Origin: Camelus ferus | Taxonomy: Eukaryota | Direction: 5' to 3' | DNA: 64,000 nt | NCBI RefSeq assembly: GCF_009834535.1 | Contig: NC_045697.1 | Coordinates: 81,904,001-81,968,000, forward strand | Notes under the pieces: generated by a model | The model's database searches: none | What the model was told of the DNA's origin: nothing | The model's input: the letters and a program-made list of their open reading frames with translations, nothing else | Shown here: positions 24,566 to 38,992 of the stretch, in pieces | How the letters are laid out: each line of letters begins with the position of its first letter | Numbering within the stretch: the stretch's first letter is position 1 | Translations under genes and position numbers: made by a program

Positions 24566-25640
24566 TTTTCCCTATTGATCAAGATCTTTCTCTGAAAGCA
24601 TTGTTGATCAAGAGTCAGATTTTCCAGTTTCAGCAGCTTTTGCCTTTCCTGGGCATAGTATCTCTTGTTGGAGGGCAAGTGCATGGATAGGAATATTGAG
24701 GTTACATCCAAGTAACAAGGAAGGAGAGGACGAAGACCTCTCAAGTAACTTTTAAGTTAAAGTCTGTATGTTATCAAGGTCACAGATACCTGTAGCGATC
24801 ATCTGAAGTGATATGTCATCATCAAAGATTTGGTAACAAACTTCTAACAGGCCTGGTCCAGATATCTTGAGAAAAGCTGTATCATCAGATATTATTGCAT
24901 CAGTTAAGGTCACCAGATGTTCAAGTCTAGTCAGGGTTCAGGGTTTTTTTAGGTATGACAGTTTAAAATGTCCTGGAGCAGTAGGACGAGGATTCTCCCC
25001 GGGTTATAATTTGGGTAAGTGGACTAAGTAAAGTAGGCACTTTTTCAGTCTTGTTAATGTTTCCCCACCAATATTGATTGACGGATACTATCATTTTGTC
25101 AGTAAATGCACGTACAGTGGTACAGAGTAGGAATTTTAGTTTCTCTGGTAGGACTAGTTTGTTATTTGGTCAAAACCAGAACTTTCTTTTTTTTTTTTAT
25201 CAAACCAACAATTGTTACATTTCCAGTTCTATTTTTCCTTTTCTGAGGCCAATTTTTGGGATTCTCTAACCAATTTTTCTAAATTGTTGTTTGAGAAAAT
25301 ATTCCTTTGGACCATGACAAAGGTTTAGCTGTTATTTGTCCTGTTAAGAGCAGCACTCCTTGCAGAAACTGCAGAAATGTCTGCAGGGTGATTTTCCTTA
25401 GCTTCCAGAGTCAAGTTTAGAATGCCCTGGAGTCTTAATAGCTCAATGGCTGGTAAAAATAGTGCATTCAATAATTCCTGAACATAGAGGCTGTTTTTAA
25501 TTTGATTTCCCTTGGAATTGAGGAAGTCACATTTGTCTTAAAACATTCCAAAATCATGTACTACTCTAAGAGCATATCTACCATCAGTATAAATACTGGG
25601 AGTTTTATTCTTGGCTAAGGTGTAAGTCCACATAAGGGTG
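24566..25640 (-). mobile_element. ERV1 internal remnant: RNase H and integrase N-terminus; integrase core and env absent
   Basis: Minus-strand translation gives IYTDGRYA (25571-25594) then VVHDFGM and VQELLNAL (RNase H), QYWWGNINK (25050-25076), YNPG and TAPGHFKL (24959-24982, integrase Zn-finger region). Contains stops and frameshifts. Confidence 0.88.
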
Positions 25641-28600
25641 TGTGTGTATATAAGTTTCTGCAGAGTGATTTCTAAAAATATACCACCTACAAATAAACAC
25701 GCAGATGCACATATACAAAAATTATTACATGGTTAAAGAATAAAATAACAGCTTGCTTTTGTAGTAAAAAGGAACTAAAGTATCATCATCATTTTGAGAA
25801 TTCTGAGATTTCAGGATACTACATCAAAATTTCTCTTTTTGAAACCTTTTCTTTGTATCACTCATCTCAATATTCTATTAAGGCACTAAAATAATTTTAA
25901 AGAAATAGCTTGATTCTCTTTCCCACCCTCAGGCAGAAGGAAAACTTCTAATTTATCTCATGAAAACTGGTTGGAAAAGGAAATTTTACCAAAGGAAAAA
26001 AAAATGTCAATTGAAATACTAAAAATATAAAAAGCCATGTTGGCCAAATAAAATAATATATAGCTGTTTCACTTCAGTTCTCTCCCTCTAACCACATATC
26101 CACTCATTTCTGTTTCTTTAACACAATGTTCAGTCTTCCTGTCCAACACAATGTAATTATTTCACATAAATCAAAATCACATTCAACTGTTCTTCAAAAG
26201 AGAAAGAGTCAAAGTTCAGTTACTGCTAGCAGCTGAAACTACAGGATCTCTTAGCAGTGCTTATTCCTTCTGTTTTGTTAAATTGCTTCAACCACATTAA
26301 AATTCAAATACTATGGACTAAGTGATTTATTTACTAACACAATCGTATGCTATAAACAGTTGGCTAGGCTTTGACAGGTCATGTAACCCAAATCTCTCTA
26401 ACTTGTAACTTTGACTCTTGGATCTTTCTGGATTCTATTCTCGTTTTCTTACATGTTTCATGGAGAAGGAGCACTATTTCCTCATAATTTTCACAGAGAA
26501 ATCACAATGTTAATTGATATTTGCATAATTTCAATTCCAAATAGCTAGGCAACCCTCTAAGCTTTCAACTTAGTGGGGAAAATGTGTCTATTAGATTTAT
26601 CACCTGATTTATTATAACCTCAAATACTGTCAAGTTGAGTATTCTGGGAAATTAAACGAAAAAATGTTCCAAGTCAGTTAATAGGTACCAGAAGTTCTGC
26701 AGTGAAATGTTTTTTTTATAACAGAAACAACAGATTTTGAATGAGAGGTCAATTGCTCACACTTTTCTCAGGAATTTGAAATGTATCTGATAATGTAACA
26801 AGAACCAGAACAAGCTATCACAACTTGATCAGGGTTGAGGAAAGATGCTTAGTCACTGAGACAAGAATAGAGGTTACTGGGGAGACATGGACACCTCTTC
26901 TGAACTTACTAACATGAGTCATGCATGCAAAACTTTTCTCATTAAACTGCAAATATCTCAATATAAATGAGTTTATTCACTGCCAGTTTTTTTTAAAGAC
27001 AAATAAAGATGTTTAAAAATGCTTTCCTTGGGGGGAATGGTAAGAATCATACTTAAGATTCTTAATTAGTAGAGGACATTATTGATTTAGGAATAATATA
27101 CCCAGATTTGATTATATGATGTGATTCATTTATAATGGATTGATCTCTTTCTTATTCTAGATTTTTAAAAATCTGCTTATTCCCCAAGACATAGGTTTTT
27201 GCATTTTTGAATTGGTTCACTTAGTGTTAGGATAGATTTTATCAAAATATTGTTACATTTAGCTACACATCAATAATATAAAAGGGCAATTTAACTTTGT
27301 GCAAAAGTGAAACAGAAAATGCTATTCTTGGGTCATTAATAAGAGGCTATAAACTAGTTCTTCTGGTTTCAAGAGCAAAAAATATATAGAAGTTGTAAGA
27401 CATGAAGTCACATTTTTCTCCTATACAGTTTAACTAAGGTGATCTAATTTTATAGTGTCTGACATATATGCAGATAAGATTTTGTAAAAAAAAAAAATCA
27501 TAAAATATTCATAATGTTGAAGGGATGTTGAAGACTAGTACAACAAGGTTGTATATAAAATGCAATGTGGTGAATAATATATTTAGCTTCCTAATAGTGG
27601 AAATATGGTTTACAAAACTAGACATAAATTTATAAATGACTTGATTGCCTCTTCTCTGTCATATCATTTATAGGAATAATTGAAAATTGCATCTGCTTAA
27701 ATGAGCATGCATGATAGGGTTAAACCAATATAATACAAATGCATAACCTATACAAGTATATGGCTGCTGCATTTCAAGCCTCTGTATTGCTCTTGGCTAG
27801 AGGCATTTCTAACCCCTAAAGAAGAGTGAATTAGCACTTGAACTACCAAGAGACTGCCATGCCTTAAAGCCAAATTCTTAGGAAATAAGAAAACAGTGTA
27901 GGCATAATTATAATATTTTGCCCCAAGAAAATGATTCTTTTCTTTATTTTGTGTATTTCTGTGCACAGCTATGTGTATGTTTAGATTTGAAATTACTCAG
28001 AAATTTTATTTTATTCTTTTGAAATTATTTTTAGAAAAAGAATACAGAATTAATATTTATCATCATACTTAAGAGCCTACCATAGTCTGTTTACGCTTAA
28101 CTATTTTTGTTCAACAAGGTTGGGTTCACAAAGTACCATAGATGCCAACTACCTATCAGATACTTTTCCTTTCCTTTATTTTAAAGTTAAAACTAGATCT
28201 TAAATAAAACTTACATAGTTATTTCATACTCCTCCGCATTATACTTTGATTTTGTTGGACTTTTTTGTCCTGAATACTAACTTAAGGTCAAGATAAAAAT
28301 CATTCAATATGTTTACATATTATAGTTTTTCAGATTTTAATAACAGAAGACAGAGATGTGATATTTGACTGTACAACTTTGATCTGTTTTTAATATTTTA
28401 TGACCCTTTTCAATTAATCTTTTGTAACATTTCTACGATTGATATACTATTTGAAGCTTAATACAGTCTATACTTTTAAAGTGGCACAGTGTCTTTGTTA
28501 ACATTTTTTGATGAATAGTTGTGCTATTTACATTTACCAAATAAAATTAGATGAAACATGGTGAGATAGACCTTTACTCTCTGCCTTAAAGAAGATGGGA

Positions 28601-29479
28601 TGTTTGTGCAAAGAAAAAATCTTCACTGTTTAATTTTTTGGCAGTTGCCACTAAATAAAATGTTAAATTAAATGTTAAAAATTAAATCTGCATATCAGAT
28701 ATTTTTATTAAATATCCAGTATAATATCAATGTAATATTTATGTACTAAATTAAATATATTATTTAAAAATCAGGACACATATTTTTAAATGTAAAACAG
28801 AATACAAAGGATATTTAAGAAAAAGAATTTACTGGTCTTTTTATACCTGAAAAAAAGAGTTAATAAAAATCAAGATTTTTATTCATAATGAAAATAATAT
28901 GAATGTATATGTGTATGTTTATCTTCATATTTAGATACATGATGCATTTATTAATTAATTTCACATCATTAAAATATTTAATTTTATTACCAATAATACA
29001 GATAAATTTGTTTATTTAGTTAGTACATATAACAGATATTTATACTGTAATGTAGTTAACCAGTCTTCTTTTGAAGGACATTTTGCTTATATCCAATTTT
29101 TCATTAGTACTATCCAGAAGATAAACTTAATTTCCATTTTAACTAGTTTATCAACAAAGTTTTTGGATTTTTGTTAAATGTCTTATTGGAGTCTAGTAAG
29201 AAGCTTTTTTCCCTTTAAAGTGTGTAATGAAAAATAGTGATAGATATTATCATATTTGGGCATCCATTTCCATGTGATAGAGGAAAATTATTGACCGATG
29301 TGATTGGAGTTGTATTGTATGGGAAATATTGCTAGCAATTATGTAGAGAACAAGGGACCAATATTAGAACCTAATGAAGACCTTGTGTACTTTTCTAGGA
29401 CAATTTGGTTTAAATATGATCAGTTGTTTGCATATAAAATAGACAAAAAGAGGTTAAAAAGTAGTGGTATGAAACTCTT

Positions 29480-30150
29480 GGTTAAGGCAGGTAGGTGCAG
29501 TTTATGAGAGGTCGTTGAATTTGGAAAGTTTAAAAGAGATAATGTGATCACTAAATTAAATATGGGATATGAGAGAAAGAATAGGGCAAATGTCACTTTA
29601 GTCTCTTAGCCTGAGCAACTGGGTGGATGTTGGTATTGTTTACTGTGATGAAAACTACTTGGAAAATAGCAGGAATGTGGCTGGAAGTATACATCTGTTT
29701 TGTACATGCATAATTAAGATTAGAGCTAGAATTATAAATTTAGGAGATACTAGAATATGCATAGATATTTAGTTAATAGAACTAGATAGTGTCTCTTAGT
29801 GCTGAATATAGGTAGAGAAGTTTGAGGACTTATTCCGGGAACACATCAAATTTCCATGGTCAGGTAGGACAACCAAAGACAAAGAATTGCCAATAGGGTA
29901 GTAGAAAATCAAACTGTGAAATAAGGGAAAACAAGTCATATGAGGTTGGAGTGATTAACTATTCTAAATGCTGCTGAATATTGATCGTTTGATTTAGCAG
30001 TCTACAGCCCATTATTGATCTTGACACACATAATCAGTAGAACACTACATAAGAAAGTCTGTGTGTGGAATTAAGAAAGGATGAGATGTGGTCAAGTGGG
30101 AAGAGTGAACGTTTACAATTTAAGGAAACATCATTAAAGTCATCAGTAAA
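29480..30150 (-). mobile_element. LINE-2 fragment
   Basis: 'ttagcctgagcaactgggtggatgttggtattgtttactgtgatg', 'tagagctagaattataaatttaggagat', 'aaatgctgctgaa'. Confidence 0.75.
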
Positions 30151-31199
30151 GAGATCATATCTGGATAAAAATCTAGGATTAAAGTAATTACTTAAATGTA
30201 TTAAACTCAAACCATTTCTTGTGATCCTTCATTTATATACATTATGTATTAGCGAAATTAGAGAGAGCAGTGAAATATGATAATTTTCACCAACTGGTAT
30301 CTTTGTAGAATTTGTGGGTGCCATTGATCTATCTTTGGTAGTGACAGAGAACTGGCACTTTCCACTTAGTGATTCCCACTATAATAATCTTAGCATCATT
30401 AGCAAGGTAACCATTGTAGAGATTTTGCTATTTTCTAAGTATATCTACTCCAACTATTAAAGTAGTGAAACAGTTTATCATGTGATGGCATCTGCACACT
30501 AGGGAGTATACCATTAGTTGAGCTTGTGTCAAAACTCTTATCACTTCTAAAATGTTACCTCCGTCTAGTAAACCACAGACACGTTCCAGTATCCAGAAAT
30601 TAATGTTGACTTAGTTATATTTTCCATGGTCCTGAATGATAAGGGTGTTTTCCTTTCTTTTATAAGTACCTAGCTAAATAGCTTCAGGACATTTGTCTGA
30701 AGGCTTGGAGTGACATTTAGAATATTTTTTGTGTTATTACTGCAGGATCCTTTCTGAAGTTTTTTAGTGTCAACTTGGTGCTGTCTGGGACTGTGGATTA
30801 ATCTAGTAAATAATTCAAATGTATGGACAGAATTATCTATTGTGGTGGCTCAGGTTACACCTCAGTTTATATTATCTGGGGTTTTATTGTTACTTTCGTT
30901 GTTACTAAAAATCGATTTCCCATCTATTTCGGTTCCATGGTACCAGCAGATTGAATTACTCTGATACCACTAAAGTGCTGCCTATTTTGGTAATCTTACC
31001 TTTCCTCTAATGGTAAAGTATTTCTGAGCTTTCCTACTCTGAACTCTGCCATCGTCATTGAAAAACTGAGAACTCATTTCAACTGGCCGTCCCGTATCTG
31101 TCCCACAATCACAAAGAGCTATTCAAAAGCGATAGGGCTACCCTCACTGGTATAATTCTCAATGCTTTATAATGGAAATACTTTCTAGAGTTTTTTCAA

Positions 31200-31690
31200 G
31201 TTATCAAATATTAATTGATTGAGCCTGTATTGCAGGCGCTATTCTAGATACATTCAATACTAAACAAGAGACAAAAAGTCTTGCTCTCATAGAGTTTGTA
31301 TTCCACTTGAACTCAGATGTTGAATAAAAGAGTAAAATACAGAGTATTTCAGAAAGTTATATGTGCTTTGGAAATAAAGCAGAGAAGAGCCTTTGAAGTG
31401 TTGGAGGGTGTGATGAAATTTTAAATAAGTTCAGGTAAAATCTAACTGAAAATGTGGCATTTAAGGCAAGACCTGGAGAGGTGAAAGCAAGCCACGTGGG
31501 ACATGAGATTGTGGTTGATGGAGTATGGAGGGTGTTAGTCGGCAGAAGAAACATCAAATGCAAAGACCCTGAGCTGAGACCTTTCTGGCATGTTTAAAGA
31601 ATAGTAAGGAGTCAGATGTGGCTGGATTGGAGAAAGATAAAAGAGGAGAGGTTAAATAAGTGAGGGGCGGAGGTTGGGGAATAGAACATA
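31200..31690 (-). mobile_element. LINE-2 (L2a-like) 3' end
   Basis: 'caaatattaattgattgagcctgtattgcaggcgctattctagatac...gtcttgctctcatagagttt', 'caaatgcaaagaccctgag'. Confidence 0.82.
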
Positions 31691-31729
31691 TTCAGTGTAT
31701 TTCTATCAGAATGATTCTCTGTAAATTCA

Positions 31730-31970
31730 GGTTATTGGGCAATTACTGGATGCATGGTAATTGAGTCTTTTTGTTGTTGTTATTTTTGTTGTTGTTTTTT
31801 AAAAAGAAACCGCTAAATGTTTTTTCAGGGAAGCTATACCATTTTACATTCCCAACAGCAATGTATGAATGATCCAGTTTCTCTAAAAACTTACCAACAT
31901 TTGTTGTTTTTATTTATTTTTTTTTTGTTTTAGCCATTTAGATAGATGTGTAGTGATATCTCATTTAGAA
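31730..31970 (-). mobile_element. LINE-1 ORF2-end fragment
   Basis: 'gctataccattttacattcccaacagcaatgtatgaatgatccagtttctc'. Confidence 0.8.
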
Positions 31971-33270
31971 AATTTTAAATTAACAAACTTTATGGTTTTT
32001 GAGTAGTTTTCAATTTTATAGATAAATTAAATTTCTCATATATACCATGTAGATCTTTATGTACAGATAAAATTAAAGTTTTTTTTTAACAATTTTCAAC
32101 TGATAAATTTACTCCAATAGTCCAACCTCTCTAAGACATTAAAATCCTTCCTCTGCACAATTTCTAAGAAATTTCTGTTAGCTTTATATCACAGGACAGT
32201 CATTGAGTCCTCATTTACGTAATTAACCAAGCAAATATAAAAGCCATGTTGTACTTTTAATGCTAGCGTATTAGATTCAGATTTTCAGATAAATGCACCC
32301 ATTGTGATACGTATAACTCAAAAGCATTTTTCTTCTGTTGGATTCTTAGTTTGAAAATCAATTTACAGTTATATTCTCCATTTGCCTGTATAAAGTATGA
32401 CTTTTTTTCAATTATTTTTCAGTATAATTCTTTTTATATTAAATTTAGACTTAAAATTGGCATACTGATGCGTGTTGACATCAAAGTTTAGTTGCAGATC
32501 TGGATAAATGAGGAGCAGTGGAGGTGAAGTTAACTTCTTGCAACCTAACACACTGAGTAGACAACTAGGCAGAATGATTATTGCAGCTGAAACACCATCA
32601 TTGTGCAGGCAGTAGAGAAAAAAAAAAGACTGGCAATAAAACTTCACTGATAATGTGTGTTTTTGGTTTTTGAATACTCCTCTTATGTTCATTTCAATTT
32701 ATGGGGTTCTGGTGTTTGTAAATCATTGCCTTATCCTGTATTTATTAAAGTTTTGGTTGATGTGGATTTAACTGATGCTGAATTCTGGCTCAGTATTCCA
32801 GGTCTGAGAGAGAAGTATTCATTTTGATGCTCTTTTAAGCACCCTAGTGCCTTGAGACAAACATTTAGACACCTGAATTTCTCATTCTCTTCTTTGACAA
32901 CACTCTTAATGAACATTCTTTTCCTGCAAAGGTCCTCTAATCCTTTGTGACCTTGCTGGCAATCTATGACAGGGGACACTTGGTTCCCCAGGCCTTCCCT
33001 GTAATAGTCATTTCATGACTAGCGGTCACTGATGACATTTCAGTTGTCTTTCTCCACTTTATGACATTTGCTGACAAAATTGTCTCTTTTTAATTACAGG
33101 TATAATTTCATGGCATTTGAGCCAAAAGTAGACCCCAAAGCTCTATCACACCTCCTAAATTCTCTATAATTCTAGTTCCTGACACTCTGTTTCTCTATAC
33201 TAATTTTTATATCAGCGAAGTGTTTTGTATGTAAGTGACTGAATACAACACTGGCTGATTTTAGGAAAGA

Positions 33271-33703
33271 CATATTGATCAGAACTCTCCAGAGAAACAG
33301 AATCAGTAGAATGTTTTTATATAAATATAAACATAAAATAATATATAATAAATAAGTATAAAATATATAGAAATACAAATAAACACTCTTTTCACAGAAA
33401 TTTATTGTGGAGGCCATACGGCAAGTCTGAAGTATGTTAAGGTAAACCAGCAGACTGGAGATTCAGGGAAGAGTTGATGTTGTAGCTTTAGTTTAAAGAT
33501 AAAATTCTTCAGGAAGCCTCAGACTTTGTTCTTAAGGCCTCAATTGGTTGGATACAGCTACCCACATTACGGAGGATAATCTGCTTTTACTCAGTCTACT
33601 GATTTAAATGCTAATCACATCTGAAAAATACCTTCCTAGCAACATCTAGATTGGTATCAGTGCCATGGCCTAGCCAAGTTGACATATAAAATTAACCATC
33701 ACA
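33271..33703 (-). mobile_element. MLT2 (ERVL) solo LTR
   Basis: 'ctccagagaaacagaatc...cccacattacggaggataatctgcttttactcagtctactgatttaaatgctaatcacatc...tagccaagttgacatataaaattaaccatcaca'. Confidence 0.92.
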
Positions 33704-34029
33704 GATGGATTAGAATATACACGTAGCTTATAAAATTGTAGTGAGGCTTAAGAGAAATGCAGAAATATAAACCAGGCTGAACACTAGAAGCTACATCTTA
33801 TCCACCAGATTTCCTTGCCACAGAGACTCAGGCTATTCAAGATTACTAAAGGGATTATAGTTTACCAGTGCTGTGGGGCAAACTTCATCTTCTTTTAACT
33901 ATCAAAGCCACCACCCATGCTACCCTGCTTGACCAATAGCCGTAGTAACACTAGGGAGAAACTTTGGTCTTAGCTTCTATTCATAATTTCAGTTATTTTT
34001 GTTCAATACAAATCTTTGAATCAATTATT

Positions 34030-35560
34030 ACATTCCAGAATGCTATTAAATTTTGGCGCTGTGACAGAAATCAAAACCAAGATCCCTGATCTATGGAACT
34101 TGCATTATAAAATGGAATAACAGACAATAAATAACATTAGATGGGTGCTATAGAGATAAATCATGAAATGTGACTATTAGACCACAGTTTTGACCACAGT
34201 TAATCTAACTGTAAATGTGACAATTGATAAAACTATCACAAGGAAATGAGGGAGTGAGAAATACTGTTATGTCTTAAGAGAGTCTAGATTCTTTAATGTC
34301 ATATAGGCCGCATTAAAGACCTGGCTCTTTCCTTAAGGGCTAGGGCAATGTATGAGTGTTTTAATCAGAGGAGTGGCATGGCCTGATGCCTGTGTAATAT
34401 GATCTCTCTGGCTCCTGGGTGGAGAATACTGAAAGGAAGCAAGAACCAAAAAGCAATGAAACTAGTGAAATGGCCATTCCAATACCATGGTGAGAGAGGA
34501 ACGTTTGGATCAAAAGTCTATTTTGAAGGTAGAATCATCTGCATTTGCTACTGAATTAGATGCAGTATGTATATGAAGAGTCAGATAATTCTGAAGCATG
34601 TGTCCTGAGGAACTAGAAAGATAAAAGAGTTGCCATAAATGATGAAGAAGAAGAGTAATTTTCAGAAGTTCAGTCTTGGGCATGTTAAATTTATGATTCC
34701 TATTAGTCATACAAGAGGAGAAGCTTAATAAAAATGTGGATATTCACCTAGGCTTGAAATACAGCACCATATAGGTTGATGTTAAAGCCAAAGTACTAAA
34801 TGAAGTCACCAAGCAAGTCAGTGTAGGTAGAGATAAGATTTAAAGGCTAAGTCCTAACTTGCATCTTGATTAAGAAGTTAAGGAAAGAGGGAGACACAGT
34901 GAAGACAGACTGTAAAAGAGGAACCACTTATATAAATCAAGAAATAAAAAGGTCTCTGCTCCAGTATTCTCCATATAGCAGCCAGAGGGATTAAATCATG
35001 GACGTCTTCTATTTAAAATTCAGAATTCCATTCTTCTCACAGTGTGATCAAAAGAAAAAGAAGTAACTGCTCTTTAAATTATTGCAGACACATGAAACAT
35101 TTTTAATTAAAAAAATGCTGCAGACAGAACAATGAGGACAAACAGTGAAATGTTTGGATTGAGCAAAATGACGGTCATTGTTGATGCATGACAAGGGGTC
35201 ATGAGAAAAATATTAAAGTGAATTCACAGGAAATTGGAAGAGAGAATTTATAGACATTGTATACAAGCAAATTTCCTTTAAAGAGAACCAAGATGGAAGT
35301 TTGAAGGTGAAGTGGAATTAAGACTTTCTTTTTCACATTGGAGACATCATAGTAATGATCTAGTTACTCAATTAAGAGAGAAACATTGGTGATGCAAGGG
35401 AATGATGTTAGCATTACTGGAGCAATATTCTTGAGTTGGTGACTGAAGATGTGACATAGCACACAAATAAAAAGCAAGGGCTTGGCTAAGATCATCAACA
35501 GTTTCTACAGAGAGACAAGGACAAAAATGGCAAAATTTATGGGCAAAAATGCAGGTAGGC
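34030..35560 (-). mobile_element. LINE-2 fragments
   Basis: 'tctattttgaaggtagaatc...gcatttgctactgaattagatg', 'gttcagtcttgggcatgttaaatttatgattcctattag', 'tggatttgagc'-like segments. Confidence 0.78.
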
Positions 35561-38533
35561 TGGTAATTAATCCAAATCTGTCATGGGGGTGTGTAAGTGG
35601 AAGACTCCAGGTCTACAAATCTTTCCTAGACCTGCAAGGACTTCGAACACAGTTATTTTGCATTTTCAGCTTCCAGGGTGGGGAACTGATATTTGACTTC
35701 CATAGTCGCATATCAGGGATATCTCCATGGATAAGAATTTAGTTTCAATTCTGGATTCTGAAAGATTTTGTCTGTTAAGTTACTATCATGAGTAGAGGAG
35801 CACCTCCTGACTTCCCAGTAGTGGTTCTGGTTTCTTTCATGATTGGATTAAATTGAGTTCCTGTTACCTTGCCACAGCATCTCTCCATATATTCTGAACC
35901 AGACTCCAGAGCACATACCCTATAGTTTTACTTCCCCAAACAATTTTTATTAGACTTCCATTTCTATTACTTACTTGATTTTAACCCAAGCTATCTCTTT
36001 TTAATATTTAAAATGTGCTTATAATTACTCTGTTTGCTCTTCAGTTTGTATTACTTACATTTTTGAACCAAGCTATCTTTTCATAATATATAAAGGTTAT
36101 CTATAATTATTCTATGAGATGAACAGAATGATTCAAAGGACATCATCTAGAGACCTGAAAATGAGAAGACTTTATTATATGTTAAATATTCCTTTGTTTA
36201 AGACCTTTTTCTAACCTTTGCAAACTTTTTTACTAAAGTTTATCAGCCAAGATACAGAATTTCATTTATTAGCCAGTGAATTTTGTTAACACAGGCTAGC
36301 ATGAATTTGCCTTATGTACAAGGCAGAACTTCAGAAGCCTAATGGAACTTAGCTTGAAGTCTTATTGAAAATATCATGTCTTTTTTCATTCTGGGTCAAA
36401 ATAAACATTCACAACTCTCCCTAGTCTCTATTTAAGGCCAATCTTTCCTAGTAGGGGTAGTGATACTGTGCATGAGGTAGAGAAAGAATATTCATATGCT
36501 TCGTTTTAAGATTTTGTAATTACATTTTTTTACATTCTCGTTTGGCTTTTCCTAGCTGGCTGTGAATAACTAACCACTGAATTTTTCTCTTCCTCCTGTT
36601 CTCAACTGTTCAATATATTGAAAATATTTCTGTGACTATCTGGCAAAAGTACTTATCTTTCCCCTGATTTGAACACTAACAGATTTTTCTTCATAGATTT
36701 TTCTTCTTCTGTGTATTCTTTCTTGTCCTTCCAATGACAATTTCCTAACTGGCCTGCCTGATTTCACCACCAGGAACAGTGATATACAGAAATTAAGGAA
36801 TGCATTAATGATAAAAAAAAATCACAACTGATAAGATCCTAGTATTTTTCACTTTGATTTTATTATAGGTTTTATTTTATAGTAAAATACATTTCGTATT
36901 TTAGTGAAATTTATTAATTGTGATGCCCAAAATCATTGGTTTATAATCGTCTACTTTTGTAGTAAATGTTTTATAGAAATGTATATAAAATGTATAAATT
37001 AGAGGTTTTTAGAAAAATATCAGTTATTCAAATGTAAAGATACTTAGTCTGAAAGTATTTTTTGTGTGTTCTGATGTACATTTGAAAAATAGTATTTAGT
37101 ATTAAACTTCCCTTTGGCCATCATAAAGTTCTTTTAAAGATTTCCATTGCAACCTTTTAAAAATCTTTCATATTCAAGGTGACTTTAATTATGTTATTAA
37201 AAATGAATATTTATACTTGATATACATTTATAAGATACATTATACATAACTCAAGTTACAATTTTAGAAAATAGTATTTTGGACAACTTACTTAATATCT
37301 AAATTTACACTAAAAGCTTCAGTTTTAGGAAAACATACTCAATTTCCATAACAAATATATAAAGCAAGTTCCTGTTTTTCAATTTCACTGAGCAATGTAC
37401 TCATCATAAAATATTTTAGTTAGTGATCTCTTTAGGTTATAATTAAATCTCAAATAATAAAAAGGTTAGTAAAATAATTTAAATAACAGGCATCTTTTAA
37501 AAGAAGCCATAGTTAATATAAAGTTGAATTTAATTAAAGTTAATATAATAACAGAAATGCAATTATGTTTTATTGAAAAGGAAAGAACCTTTGGAATATA
37601 TAACTCATGCTTCTGTATATAGTCCTTGGTGTGTATGTTATAACAAATGTATTGATTGTTATTAAAGATAGAATCCAGTAAAAGTACAACTATTATAATC
37701 TATAAAAATAACTAAACCTTTCCCGATCACCTTATAATGTATTTATATTAACCAGATGCAGTTTTAAAGTATTCACTATCAGTGGTTTTACTACTGCTGT
37801 ATTTCCTCATTGCAGTTGATGCATAATATTCTGTAAATGATACAATCATTTTTTAACTTTTTTTCTATAAAATTTCATTATATTTCAAGTTATATGATTC
37901 ACTTAGGCTACAATATGTAACATTTAAACTCCATTTAAAACATTACTAAGCAACCTTACATATTTATATGACACACTCACCATGGAAGAATTGCTTGAAT
38001 CTTACTTTCTGGTGTGAAATGTAAGGTATTAAAATTTAAATATGTCTTAGAATGAAATAAAATATGCTCCATATTATGGAAAGGTTTACTTGTGAAATAA
38101 TTTTTATCTTAAAACATTATATATGAAAATAAATCCATTTACCTGATTAATTTGCTAGCTCTTCTTTTCAGTTAAGACATTCAGTGCTATTAGGTCTTTA
38201 AATGTGAGTGAATTTATGGAATTAATTAACTGAAATCATTATAGCACTTAAACATTACAGAGTCCTTTCCCGTATAATGATCTCATTGACCTTATTTGAT
38301 GTGATATAATAATCCAGCTCTTGGTGTAAGATTATAACCTTCACGTGAGAAAATTTTGAATATGCATTTTTCTTTTTACTATTCCACTATAAAAGGTAAG
38401 AAGAGTAGAGAAGTTTTAGAAAACAAGACAAAAATTACAACAAAACACAAAAAACGTTTATTTTGTCCTGATCTGGAAGTATTAAACCAAGTGTATATCT
38501 TAGTATTGACTTTGCCTCACTAACTAGATAAAA

Positions 38534-38992
38534 TGTGTGGTAGCTGTTGTTGCTGCAAATGTCCCATCAGTATTTAACTTTTTGCCACATCAGACTAATT
38601 TCCAGCTGCCAGGCTTCGTGACTTCTTCCCTGAGGGTTTCTCGCCCTGTGGAGCCTGATATGCCCACGTCACATGGAAGTGCTAGTGAACTAACATGCTC
38701 CTGGGAGCAATTCTCAACCAGTGACTAATGGGAATTGATACAGATATACCCCAGGTCCCATTCCTCCAAGTGAATTAACACTGAGCTGAGCTGTATGTTC
38801 TAAGTGAAATTCCTTAGTTTCACAGCAGGCTGTATCTTCAGTTGCTCACCATGGTAGCTTGCACTGGCATTTTTTCCCTTCCCTATTATATTTCTCCTCT
38901 CTCCTACCAATATTTCTTGGGGACACCTTACAAGTAAACAAATTTTATGCAAATTCTCATATCAGAGTTGGGCCCTAGGGAAATCTAAGATG
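38534..38992 (+). mobile_element. LTR16-family (ERVL) solo LTR
   Basis: 'ttccagctgccagg...cctgagggtttctc...ctcctgggagcaattctcaaccagtgactaatggga...tctcatatcagagttgggccctagggaaatctaagatga'. Confidence 0.8.

Noticed and set aside
30958..30969. Minus-strand TGGTATCAGAG resembling a tRNA-iMet primer-binding site
   Set aside because: No adjacent LTR end or gag sequence is evident. The motif is the plant-type PBS, and an 11-mer match is plausible by chance.
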